DNA of 63,763 nt, the filler included, from Ministeria vibrans ATCC 50519 (Eukaryota > Protista > Filasterea), in the NCBI GenBank assembly GCA_943704425.1. It is 8 parts of 8 records of this genome, joined end to end, with 100 filler letters (N's around TTAATTAATTAA, not from the genome) between each part and the next. Parts side by side here need not be neighbours in the genome. Positions count along the whole stretch, not along the records: positions 6,017 to 26,419 come from CALSCP010002350.1; positions 26,520 to 27,696 come from CALSCP010000266.1; positions 27,797 to 46,943 come from CALSCP010001696.1; 5 more parts are not named here. One strand, written 5' to 3'. The translations under genes and the position numbers were made by a program. Within the stretch, counting starts at the first letter, position 1, and each line of letters starts with the position of its first letter. Shown here piece after piece: positions 13,896-30,791 of this stretch. Below the pieces are notes generated by a model that saw nothing but the letters and a program-made list of their open reading frames with translations, was not told where the DNA came from and ran no database searches.

Positions 13896-15578
13896 TTATT
13901 CGTCGTCTTTTGAAACTTTGTCCCCTTCCTCCGCCTCCACGTCGTACGCTTCGCGCCCAAACACCATCTCCTTCTCACGGGAATTTTGCCGATCGGTGCG
14001 ACCAGGGCGACGGTCACGATCATCGTCACGGTGAGACTTACGGTAGCGATCGCTGTCACGACTATCGTAGCGATCACGACGATCACGACGATCACCACCG
14101 CGGCGATCCCGGTCGTCACGCCATGAACGTCCTCCGTACCCACCACTACCACCACTGCTGCTGTATCTGCTGCGCCCAGAACGCTCGTCGTCATCACGAT
14201 TGCCGCCACCGCCAAACTCCTCCCTGAAGCGCAGTTTGCCTCGACCGCGCACCACACGTCCCGACGCGGCAATGCGGATGCTGGACGGATCAATCGGCGG
14301 TCGCACAGAGCCGGTGTCGTTGTCACCATCGCGTACGTCGCCTTCGTATGCGCGCGTCGTCGACGACGACAACGGTGGTGGTGTCCTGCTCCGACTGCGC
14401 TGATCCCTTCTGCTGCTACTGCCACTGCTCCGCTCCCGTCCGCTGCGTCGCTCCGACGGCGACGACGATCGCTTCGACTTGTGCTTCCTCGACGACGACG
14501 ACGACGACGAATGCCTCTTCTTCTGATCCTTCTTCTTCTTGCTCTTCTTCTTTTTGTGCGACGCCTCATCATCGCTGTCGCTGTCCGACTCGCTCGAGTC
14601 CGAACTCGAGCCCGAACTCGAATCCGATTCAGACTCAGACGAGTCGCCGCCACCTCGACTCTTCCTGCGCTTGCGCTTCTCGGCCGCCAGACGATCCAGC
14701 TGCTCCTGCGACAGCTTCAGGACGAGCTCACCACACTTGGCCACGACCACATTGGCGAAGGGCTTTTGAGCATTGTCTGCGCGCAAATTCTCAATCGTGT
14801 CCACTACACCAGTGCCATCAATAACTCGCCCAAACACAACGTGCTTCTTGTCAAGATGAGGTGCAGCCGTGGTCGTAATGAAGAACTGCGAGCCGTTGGT
14901 GTCCACCCCACGATTGGCCATCGACAACAAGTACGCCTTGTCGTGCTTGCGCGCAAAGTTCTCGTCCTCAAAGACACTGCCGTAAATGGATTCGCCGCCC
15001 GTGCCGTTTCCCGCAGAGAAATCGCCACCCTACAAAAAGAAAGAAGAGAAAGAAAGGAAGAGAGGAGAAAGAAACAAAGTGATAGAGAGAGAGAAAGGAG
15101 GGAGAAAGAAACAAAGTGATAGAGAGACAGAGTGAGAGAGAGAGAGAGAAAAGGATCCCATCAGAAGACAAATCGGACCGCTCAGAAAATCAACACAAAC
15201 GTGCACAACACACACACGCGCCTGCGCACTCTTTCTCTCTCGCACACACACACAGACGTACCTGGATCATAAAGCCCTGCACAACTCGATGGATGGGAGT
15301 GTCGCGATAGTGCAGGGGACGGTGCGTTGTGGCGCCCATGCCTTTCTCGCCTACGACACAACGACGAAGAAGACGTTTCAGCGGCGATTCGCTACACTTC
15401 TTCACACAGCCCATGGCCGTAGAGCTCTTCAAGGGTCCCTACCTGTGCAGAGCGCCCGGAAATTCTCGGCAGTTTTCGGCACAACGTCGCTGAAAAGTTC
15501 CATCACGATACGGCCAATGATCGCCTCGTCAATGGCAATGTCAAAGAAGACGCGCGGACGCACCACACCGCGACCCAT
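13896..15578 (-). CDS. SR/RD-rich nuclear cyclophilin (PPIG/NKTR-like)
   Basis: [50 protein letters not shown], then a Ser/Lys/Arg/Asp-rich tail. Confidence 0.9.
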
Positions 15579-15789
15579 TCTGAATTGCAAATTACAAGCA
15601 GAACAGAAAAAAGAGAAGTGGATTTTTTTTTTCAGACGGAAGTAAGAGAAGTCGTCCAAAAAGAAGCAGATAATTGATTGGAATTTCAGATTTTTTCAAT
15701 CACCTCTTTGTTTGGCTGTCTCTCTCTCTCTCACACACACACTTCCTTCCTTCCTTCCTCCCTCTTTGTCGCTTTTTGTTCCCCTCGCC

Positions 15790-21130
<5,341 letters not shown>

Positions 21131-21257
21131 GGTGATTGTAAAAGTAAAACAAAAACATAGTGTTGTACAGCAGAGTAAAAGGAAAGAAGCCAAAGGAGGC
21201 GTCGCTGGCTGGGCAGCGCGTAAGCATTGAAGACAGTTTACATGCATTGTATTGTGA

Positions 21258-21908
21258 TTACTTTGACACTTCGACTGTGTCACGCATCTCAATGGAGCGC
21301 AGTTGCTTGCGCTTCATCTTCTTGATTTTGGCCGGATCAGAAATCTGGATTCAAGAATGAAAGCGAAGAGAGACGAAGGGCATGAGAAGAGTTGAAAGCA
21401 ACAAAGTAGTCATAAGTCACCTTTTGGACAATCTCCGCCTTGAGACGATTGATCTCGCGCTGTTTCTTGCGCTCTTCTGCACGTTCGCGCTCAAACTAGT
21501 ACAAAGGAGAGACACAAGGGTGTGTGGATGAGCAAAACGGTCAGATGCACAGGGACGGGAGAGTCGCGCCCGACTGGCAGTGGCACAGAGAAGAAACGTA
21601 CTCGTTTGGCGTCGTCCGCTTCGCGTTTTATTCTTTGCTCCAGCTCGCGTGCCTCTTTGAGCTGCTGCTCGGTGGCGCGTCGGATGGCATACGTGTTCTT
21701 CTTCTTTGTCGACTTGGAGGGTTTGATCATGCTCGAGGACCTGCAACGGCGCGAGAGAGAGCGAAAGAGTCACTGGGTGAGCAAAAAAAATGCCGGGTGT
21801 CGCGTGGAGGGGCTTAACGGACCGCTTCTGCTGCGTCTTCTTCCACACACGACCCGACACAGGCATGCTACGAGGAACTTTGATTTCGGCGGGTGGAGGA
21901 GAACTCAT
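21258..21908 (-). CDS. Cgr1/CCDC86-family nucleolar coiled-coil protein
   Basis: PVSGRVWK, REINRLKAEIVQK, KIKKMKRKQLRSIEMRDT signature segments across 4 exons. Confidence 0.82.
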
Positions 21909-22053
21909 AGCAGAATCACACAGAACAAGAGCAAAATAGTGTAAGAGTAATTAATTGATTTAATTCACGTCTTTGTCACTTTTCATGTGGGGGTCGTGAT
22001 CAACAAAATAATTATTATTGCTCTCTTCTCCTTATTTTATTATTTATTATACA

Positions 22054-24645
22054 TTAATTTTCTACACTGCCATTGCTCTTACTATTACTATTGTTCGCCT
22101 GTGATTTCACAATGGTAAAGTCATCGCGATAGAAAAATCCGCAAATCATCTCCCAAATTTCGGCAGGTAAAAAGGGTAGTGCGCCTGGACGGCGCTGGCG
22201 ATGGTCGCGCCAGAGACGATCACGTACAAGCCGCACGATGACCACAGCACGCCGAAGTGCACAGGGAAAGAGTGTGTGCGTGTCGTGCCGCCATCCGCGT
22301 TGTGCCGCCCGGAGGAGGTCGAGAGCCACTGGGTCGTGCTCTTGAGCACAATCGAGGAGGGGCTGGGTCACAGCAGCGCCCAATGACAAACACATACGAA
22401 GCATGGCAATGCGTTGCGGAGAGGCACGCTCCAACGTGACACACAGAGCGTTGCTTAGGTCCACGGAGCGAGAGGCGCCCGCGTCGAGTGCTTGCGTCAG
22501 ATCATACTCAAGCATGGCCTTGAGTACACCAATCTGCGCAGTCTCAATCGCAATCATGACAGGCGTGCGCCCCGACATGTCACGCATGCGCAACAACTGG
22601 GGGTCGCGCTTCAGAAGCCACAATGCACCACCAACGCTCCCAATGAAGGCAGACCAATGCAGTGCGTTGCGCTGAAATCGATCCACGGGCGAGTCAACAA
22701 CTCGAGCCCCGTGCTGCACAAGCAACTCACACGTCTCAAGGTGTCCGTGCATAGCGGCGATGGTCACAAGCGACCGCCGTGTGTTTGTGTCGCGCAGCGA
22801 CTCCACATCGACCGCACTCTCTTCTTCCGTCTGCATCTTCGTTGCGTGTTGCTCAAAAAGGTACGCAAGTGTCCGATTTGCACCCGCCGTCGCAGCCACA
22901 AGCCATAGCGACGAGCCGTCATTGTCAGTCTGAAAAAGATCAAGTCCACGCTCGTGGAGCACGCGCACCGACTCAACAGCATCCCGTGTCACCGTCCCAT
23001 AGAGAGCGGAGCGTCCAGCGGCATCGCGTGCCTGCAACAGAGCAGGACACAACTTGAGCAAGTGGTCAAGCACATGGGGCTCGGCTGCACTGAACAACGC
23101 CACCTCGCCCTTGTCCTCGTCGGGCTGCATCAGGTTAACACCACGCTCGACGAGCCACGAGATAACGTGAAGGCGTGCATGACGCGCGGCCACTTGCACA
23201 GGGCGGCCCTTGGACGCCACCGATTCGTCAAGGGCGACACCAAGCGTGTCCACAAGAAACTCGCACATGAAAAGGGAACCAGTCTCGCATGCGGCATGAA
23301 GTGCACCGGTCAGCGACGCACCGTACTCAGTCGCCAGCACCTCAACTGTCTCGGTATGTCCACCGTTCACAGCCAAGATGAGAGGTGTTCGTGCCAGAAT
23401 GTCGACCGACTCGACGTTGCCATAGCCACGGTCGAGAAGCATGCACACGATCGCAGTGTGACCTGTCTCGCAAGCATAGTGCAGCGGCAGTTTGAGCGAG
23501 GCGTCACAATCGTGAAAGAGCGGTTCGTGCAGACGTGCCAGTGCCTCCACGGCAAGCAGGTGGCCGCGCCAAGCAAGGGCGTGCGCCAACGTGCGTTTGT
23601 TGGCGTCGCGCACCAGTAAGAGTTGTTCAGAAGGGACAAATTTAGCGGTGAGAATGTGCCAGTGACCATTTTCGGCGGCGGTGTGGAGAGGCGTGACGCC
23701 GGTGCGACACACGGTTGTCATGGTAAGCGATGTATTCTCCAGAATCCACCGAACAGTACTTGACCGACCCGCACCCGCAGCGACATGTAAAATGGTTTTT
23801 CCACCTGTATCGCGAGTGGTAAGAAGGGGGCTCGTCGAAGAGGAGGCGTCGAGCTGTTGCAACCATTGTAGAATAGCAATGTGACCAGCCTCTGCAGCAT
23901 AGTGGGCAAGAGTGCGACCATCACGGTCTGCTGCGGCCACTCGCATGTCTTGAGTCTCCACCAAAAACTTCACCATGGTCAACATGCCTGCACGACCTGC
24001 CAGCATCACGGGAGTTCGTCCAAAGGAGTCACGCAGGGCAATGGAGCGTAGTGTCTCGAAGCGGTCGAGCAGAGACGCGTACAGCCGTTCGTTGCCTCGC
24101 TCCGCCACAAAGTGCAATAACGTTCGCCCCGTATAACACTCGCGAATGTCCACAGGAACGCCTTTTTCCATCAGGTATTCAACCACGTCAAGTGTGTCCG
24201 CCGCGTGAAGAGGCAAACGGCCGAGACGGTCATGTACAAACAAATCCGCCGCCGCCGCCGCCGACGCGGACGACGACGACGACGCGCCCTCCACGAGGGT
24301 CTTCAGAACTTCCACGTGTCCATACTGGGCGGCCACATGCTGAGGAAGCTTCCCGAAGGCGTCTATAGCGTCGTTGGGCGAACATTGCGTCCGTTCCAAA
24401 ATCAAGTTCACCGCCGCAACTACAAGAAAAAAACAGGGAACGAAGGAGGAAGCCATCAGCGCATGCTTGCTCGTTCGCACACACATATGCCAGCGCATAC
24501 CTTTCCCACCCGCGCAAGCGCGGTGGAGAATCGTCGAGGCAGACAACGCAGGTTCTTCAACTGCCATCAGACTCGCGGGGCTCTCGGCAGCGTCAAAGTC
24601 ACGCGCCAGTTGTTCCGTGTCTCCTCGATACGCATGAGAGAACAT
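22054..24645 (-). CDS. Long ankyrin-repeat protein with an F-box-like C-terminal tail
   Basis: Many GxTxLHxAA repeats; one in-frame intron near 24420-24500; tail ...FLPAEIWEMICGFF. Confidence 0.88.
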   Translation of the reverse strand: MFSHAYRGDTEQLARDFDAAESPASLMAVEEPALSASTILHRACAGGKGMRWHMCVRTSKHALMASSFVPCFFLVVAAVNLILERTQCSPNDAIDAFGKLPQHVAAQYGHVEVLKTLVEGASSSSSASAAAAADLFVHDRLGRLPLHAADTLDVVEYLMEKGVPVDIRECYTGRTLLHFVAERGNERLYASLLDRFETLRSIALRDSFGRTPVMLAGRAGMLTMVKFLVETQDMRVAAADRDGRTLAHYAAEAGHIAILQWLQQLDASSSTSPLLTTRDTGGKTILHVAAGAGRSSTVRWILENTSLTMTTVCRTGVTPLHTAAENGHWHILTAKFVPSEQLLLVRDANKRTLAHALAWRGHLLAVEALARLHEPLFHDCDASLKLPLHYACETGHTAIVCMLLDRGYGNVESVDILARTPLILAVNGGHTETVEVLATEYGASLTGALHAACETGSLFMCEFLVDTLGVALDESVASKGRPVQVAARHARLHVISWLVERGVNLMQPDEDKGEVALFSAAEPHVLDHLLKLCPALLQARDAAGRSALYGTVTRDAVESVRVLHERGLDLFQTDNDGSSLWLVAATAGANRTLAYLFEQHATKMQTEEESAVDVESLRDTNTRRSLVTIAAMHGHLETCELLVQHGARVVDSPVDRFQRNALHWSAFIGSVGGALWLLKRDPQLLRMRDMSGRTPVMIAIETAQIGVLKAMLEYDLTQALDAGASRSVDLSNALCVTLERASPQRIAMLRMCLSLGAAVTQPLLDCAQEHDPVALDLLRAAQRGWRHDTHTLFPCALRRAVVIVRLVRDRLWRDHRQRRPGALPFLPAEIWEMICGFFYRDDFTIVKSQANNSNSKSNGSVEN

Positions 24646-24752
24646 GATAACAAAATAGGAACAATGAAAAGAAAATTAGTCATGTTAACTGTTTCAGTAG
24701 TGAGTAACTAGTGATTCGACATATTTATTCGTGCTCAACTATCTTTGGCAAT

Positions 24753-26319
24753 ATGAGAGTCCTTGCAAGCGCCCTTGAGGGGTTCTGTCGCCGTGTGATG
24801 ATTGCTGCAGGTATATCCACACACATCCGATCACAGACGATCTTCTTATTCGCTTTTGTCGCCCAAGGCGCCAAACCCGTCCATGCCGACACCATGGCGC
24901 GTGTGCTTACGGCGGCAGATGTTCGAGGGGTGTATAGCCACGGATGCAATCGATTGGGTGAGAGCAAAACGGGGCGAGGAAGACGCACAGTTGGTGTTCA
25001 TCTTTCCCCTGTTTGGTTGGCGCAGAAATGTACGCGAGCGAGGCGAAATCAGGGCTGACGGACAATGCGAGCGAGCCAAGTGTGGTGAAAGAGAGTGCTG
25101 CGACGGCGATGGTGGCCGGAAATAACTGTCATGGGCCGGTATTTTGCTTTGAGATGCGAACGATTGGCGGTTTGTTGACATGTCAGTGTAGGTTGTCGGA
25201 GAGTTTGCCATGAAAATTGCCATTGCCAAGGCGAAGGACTCTGGTGTTGGCTGGGTGACAGCCAATGGCTCGAATCACTATGGAATCGCGGGTCACTACG
25301 CCATGATGGCGTCGCGAGAGGGACTCGTTGGTCTGTCCATGACCAACACATCGCCGTTGCAAGTGCCCACGCGCGCACGCAAGTGTACCTTTGGTACCAA
25401 CCCCATTGCGTTTGCTGCACCTGGCAGTGCCTCTGGGGACGACGCACACTCATTCGTGCTGGACATGGCGACTTCAACGTGCCCCATTGGCAAAGTGGAG
25501 CTGGCCTCCCGCAAAGAACTGCCCATTCCGAACGCATGGGGAGTGGACCCCGAGGGTCGTGTAAGGGATCGGGTTAAGGGGCCTCTTTTTTTTTTTTGTT
25601 GTTACTTTTTCATGCCAGTCGTTGTTGTTGTGTTTCGCGTGTAGGAGACAAACGATCCCAATGCGGTGCTGTCGGGTGGGGGCCTGTTGCCCTTGGGTGG
25701 GTCGGAGCTCACAGCGGGCTACAAGGGCTACGGACTTGCCTTTATGGTGGAGCTGCTTTGTGGGATAATGGGCAATGCGGAGTATGGGCCGCACGTGAGG
25801 TATACACACACCCCGCACAGTCATGTTCTCATATTCAACTGCTCTATTTGTTTGTTTTCTCTATCACTTTGTTTCTTTCTCCCCTCAATTTGTTTTCTCT
25901 ATCACTTTGTTTCTCCTTTCGGTCCCTCTTTATCACTTTGTTTTTTTCACCCCCCCTCTCTCTGTATATGATTTGTGTAGGCCATGGAGGGGTGGAACAA
26001 CCAAGGTCGCTAATTTGGGCCAGTGTTTTATTGCAGGTATGAAAACGGAGCTCTGCAGTGGTTTTGTTTAACATTTTGCTTCGTAGTCAACCCCGACATG
26101 TTTGCAGAGGGATTTGCGGAACGCGCGGCAACGCTGTTTGGCGAAGTGCGATCGCTGGAACCGGCTGTGGGCGAGACGGAGGTGTTGGTTCCGGGCGACC
26201 CAGAGCTGCGCAAGACGGAGGAGCAATATGCAAATGGGGTGGAGTTACACGAAAATGTGGTGATGGCTCTGAACAAGCTTGCTGGCGAGCTGAAGGTTGA
26301 ACTCCTTGAGATTCTATAA
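24753..26319 (+). CDS. Ldh_2 (malate/L-lactate/ureidoglycolate dehydrogenase-like) oxidoreductase
   Basis: ADVRGVYSHG, SNHYGIAG, FGTNPIAFAAP, LDMATS, LLPLGG...GYKGYGL, VLVPGDPE. Confidence 0.92.
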
Positions 26320-26519
26320 AAGTGAAGCACTCAAAAACATTATACTTATTATTATAATAATTATTATTCTTATGAGCATTGTACTTCATTGCATATTATA
26401 TTATTATTATTATTATTTCNNNNNNNNNNNNNNNNNNNNNNNNNNNNNNNNNNNNNNNNNNNNTTAATTAATTAANNNNNNNNNNNNNNNNNNNNNNNNN
26501 NNNNNNNNNNNNNNNNNNN

Positions 26520-26720
<201 letters not shown>

Positions 26721-26789
26721 TGAATATCTCTGTGTGTGTCTTTGTTTTATTTGTGGGATTAACCGTATTCTCCTGTCGTTTATCCGCAG

Positions 26790-27696
26790 CGAGTTACTTG
26801 TCCCAGGGGCAAGTATCAAAACTCAGGCGGCCAATACGCGTGCAAGGACTGTTTGACTGGACGGTATAATGGAAATTACGCTCAGACAACGTGCCCATGG
26901 TGCCCTACTGGTCGGTATCAAGGTGGCAATGCTGGAACCTCGTGTAGCTATTGTCCAACTGGTAAGAACGAAGGAAGTCAACAATGTCACTCAACTGTAT
27001 TGCGTTTTCAGGTCGCTATGCCTCGGGCTATGGCTACTCTTCGTGCAAGGATTGCCCCGCCGGCAAGTACGCGTCTTCATCAGGCTCCAGTGGATGCTCC
27101 AACTGTTCGCCTGGCTACTATACACCTTCGTCGGGTGACAAGTCGTGCAAAAACGCCGCCAACCAGTGTCCTACTGGTTCGTATTGTCCTGGCTATGGCT
27201 GGGTATGTGCCTCTTACGTATTTGTCAGCACTTCTGTCGTTTTAAAGTTCTTCTCTCTTATTTCCAGAACATTTACGCTTGCCCGGCAGGAAGGTACAAT
27301 AATCAAAAGCGGCAATCATCGTGCAGGTACTGTCCGGCAGGAAAGTATCAGAAGAACACCGGCTCGACATCTTGCTCCAATTGCTCAGCTGGTGCGACGA
27401 CAATCCTTCTTATATAGACATTTTACGAACATTGCTGATCCTCGGTTGTTCTTCACAACAGGAAAGTACACCAACCACGGAGCGACAAGTTGCGACTATA
27501 GCAATAATAAATGCACCAAGGGTTACTACTGTGCAGGTGGTGGAAAGGTATTAATTATAGCAAAAGGAGCGCCTTTGCTTGTATAACCTTGTTTATTTTG
27601 CAGACCCGCGTTGCATGCAGTGCCGGCAAGTACCAGGACCAATATGGTCAGTCCGCGTGCAAGAATTGTGCGGCTGGTACCTACACGAAATCCACT
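26790..27696 (+). CDS. Fragment of a Cys-rich repeat (CPxGxY; GCC2/GCC3 or ephrin-receptor-like) surface protein
   Basis: Several short exons with repeated CPAGKY/CPTGRY...SCxxC; fills a small contig, so both ends are missing. Confidence 0.75.
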
Positions 27697-29210
27697 NNNN
27701 NNNNNNNNNNNNNNNNNNNNNNNNNNNNNNNNNNNNNNNNTTAATTAATTAANNNNNNNNNNNNNNNNNNNNNNNNNNNNNNNNNNNNNNNNNNNNCTCG
27801 GCAAGGTGGGTTTCATACATGGTGGCAGCGAGCTTCTGAGAGAACGCTTCCTTCAGCTTCTTCTTCGTGGAAGAGACAGCCATGTGCTGCAGCCTGACAA
27901 ACGGCACGGCCGCTGCCGTGGGTTCCGGGGTCTCGTCCGGTTCGCCAGTGGAGGCGTCGGCTGTGGAAGGCGGCTTCTCGATGATGCGGCAATGGCTGAA
28001 CCTCCAACCACTGCAGGGCACAGGAAATTGGCAACCTTGTACACGTTGGCCTCATCAATCATCGCAGCCCCTACACTCGGCTTGAGTGCGCGCCTGGTTT
28101 CGATCGAAGAATTGCCACACAGGGCTGACGAGAATCTTTCCAAAGTTGCTCATCTGTGGAAAGAAAAAAAATAGTTTAAATACGCAAACTAAGACACGGT
28201 TCCAGCTTCCCAGCGTCAGATACGTGTCATACCTATGTTAGAGCAACCAGAGCACGCGGCGTGAGCCTTGATAGAGAAAAAAATGTGACAGCCAATCACA
28301 GATCAGTACAAACCAGTACATTTGTTCTGGTCTGGTCTCCATCTGGTCTGATGCTCATGACTGATTGTTCTGATCTGATTGGCTCGATGACTGATCTGGT
28401 CTGGTCAATATCTGGTCTGGTTTTGTACTGGTCTGATTGTGTACTGATCTGTTCTGGTCTGATCGTGCAAACCCTAACCAGGGGCCTAGTCAAATTTCAA
28501 ACTTTTGTGCCTTTTGATTTTTGAACGTACAAATTATTATCAACTCGCGAAAACAGTAAGTACAAATGTTGAGTCACTAGCGATGCTTGAGATCGACATT
28601 ATGTGTGGATTTTCATCGAGATGCGTATTCTTCAGCCCTCCCTTATCGTTTTTTCCCATTCTCGACCCGCTTTGTGTTACCGGTGTTTGGGGGTTGACCT
28701 TCACACACCTATGGTGGTCGGGGATGGCTGATATGGTCTTGAAGGTCGATGTTTTTTTTTGTTGCAATGTTTTTTTGAAGTTTTTTTTTCTTCTTTTTTT
28801 GTTTTTTTTTTTCGTTTTTTTTCTTTTTTTCTTTTCTTTTCGCGTCTCTTGCCGAGTGACCCATGGCATTCGGTCGCTCCCGTGGATGCGAATGGTCCAC
28901 TCAGGTTTTAGTGGTGGCTGTTAGTCGATAGTGCTCGTTTGGCAGTGTGCCGTTCGTGGGGTTCTCGCTTGTTTTTGTGGGACTTGCTTGGGGATTGTTG
29001 GAATGTGCGTGCGTTTGTGCATTCACGTCGCCTCTGCGTCGCACGTGATATCTCATACCCATCGTTTCCCACTTCTGTGCGTGTCATTGTTGTTGCAAAC
29101 GGTCAAGGGACGGTCAAGCGTTTCACTGTGCGAGATTAGGTTTTTATATTAGTATTATAATCTTGTTGGGAGTTCGTTGGGAGTTTGGGTGTGACCCGGC
29201 CGGATCTATT

Positions 29211-29334
29211 TCCACGCCGCCAAACTCACAGTCGACATCGAGGTACTCCTCGACGTCTGTCGACGAGGTCCTGGAGGTCCGGGTAGAGCAAACTGGCTAT
29301 CATGGGATTTGTAACCTGCTTGACACTTCGCCGC
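29211..29334 (-). pseudogene. Degenerate copy of part of a TyrRS exon (source 32610-32724)
   Basis: Aligns by eye (tccacgccgccaaa..gtcgacatcgaggtactcctcg..gggtagagcaaactggc.atcatggga) with substitutions and indels. Confidence 0.85.
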
Positions 29335-29527
29335 TCTCACTACTCACATATGATTGTCCTAGTTTTCTCATCGTTGTCTAAATTATTTCAATTTTGGCGA
29401 TATCGCCTCCAAGTTTTGAATTTTGAAACGGGAAAGGGCGTATCGAAAAAAAAAAACGCTATCATGGACTATTTTTAATTTTTGGCTCTGTTTGTTTTGC
29501 TTCCCTTTCCGCCTTAGGGAAATACAC

Positions 29528-29909
29528 ATGAAAGCTTCTGTCATTGCCATCCTTTTCCTTGCTCTCGCCACTGGCGCTTTGTCTGGGTTTGCTCGATGCC
29601 GCCTGGAGGTATCTTTTTTCTCACTCTCTTCCCAATAGCTAACTTCATTGTCCGCATATTGTTCTCTCAAGGCCTATTGCGTCGGTTCGACAACGGATAG
29701 CATTGTTACTACCACCCAGGCAATAACCGCGACGGAGTATGTGCGTTCCAAGTGCACCTCGGTACGAGCTGCTTCTCACCATTCTTCCCTTTGTGTTCTG
29801 TCTCAAGTCTTGCGTGACCGTTTTTGTATTTTGAAGGGAACAACATGACGTATAATTTAGATTATTACATATATTTTTATTATATAGGAGGGTTCTGTGT
29901 CAGTGTGTT

Positions 29910-29983
<74 letters not shown>

Positions 29984-30308
29984 TTTGTGGTGTGTGTTTT
30001 GGGCGGGTGGGAGATTTCAATAACCCTTTCTGTTTTAGCTGTCTAGTGGTAACGTGTTCTGCTTTGTGGATATCTACTCGTCTTCAGGCGCTTTTACGAT
30101 TTTTGTCAAGCAGGACACTGGAGCTTCGCCCAGCGAAATCTTTGAGCTTGCTATCAATCCTACCACCTGCAACATGCTTGAGGAGGCGCAGAGTGCGGGA
30201 GGCCCCAACGACATTTCTCTTTCGGTCGGTCATACGACTTCAGCTACTCATGCTAACATCGATTATGTCTGCACGGTGCTCTCACTCAAGGAAGTCATCG
30301 TCTAATTA
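29528..30308 (+). CDS. Small predicted secreted Cys-containing protein; middle exons unresolved
   Basis: Signal-peptide-like MKASVIAILFLALATGALSG; last exon after tttag reads LSSGNVFCFVDIY...YVCTVLSLKEVIV*. Confidence 0.5.
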
Positions 30309-30468
30309 AAAAAGAACACTGCGCTTCCACGCAACGATACATCCTTCATACATCCGACATTCAGTATTCAATTTAATTATTTATGTCAGAATAATTATTG
30401 ACAGACTTGTGATCCACTTGCCACGCAGGCGAAATAAGAATAATAACCGAATAAGAAAATAATATAAC

Positions 30469-30499
<31 letters not shown>

Positions 30500-30791
30500 T
30501 AATAATAATGATAATAATAATAAACATTAATAATTATTAATAATTATTAATTAATTACTAATAATAATAATTATTATTGTTATTAATATAATTATAATAA
30601 AGAAGGAACAAAATGATAATAAGAGAAGAAATAGATACTGTCTGCATGTCGTATTTTTATTATTATAATTATTATTAGTATTATTATTATGAAAGAAGGA
30701 ATAATAACAATAATAATACTATACTATAAAAAGGTTTCCGTCAATTAACACGTCTTTGCGCTTTATTCTCTCTTAGGCACGCGAAGGCTTT

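Noticed and set aside
11141-14824. Long antisense ORFs over DDX10 and cyclophilin (also over Cav)
   Set aside because: Shadow ORFs of GC-rich, low-complexity coding strands.
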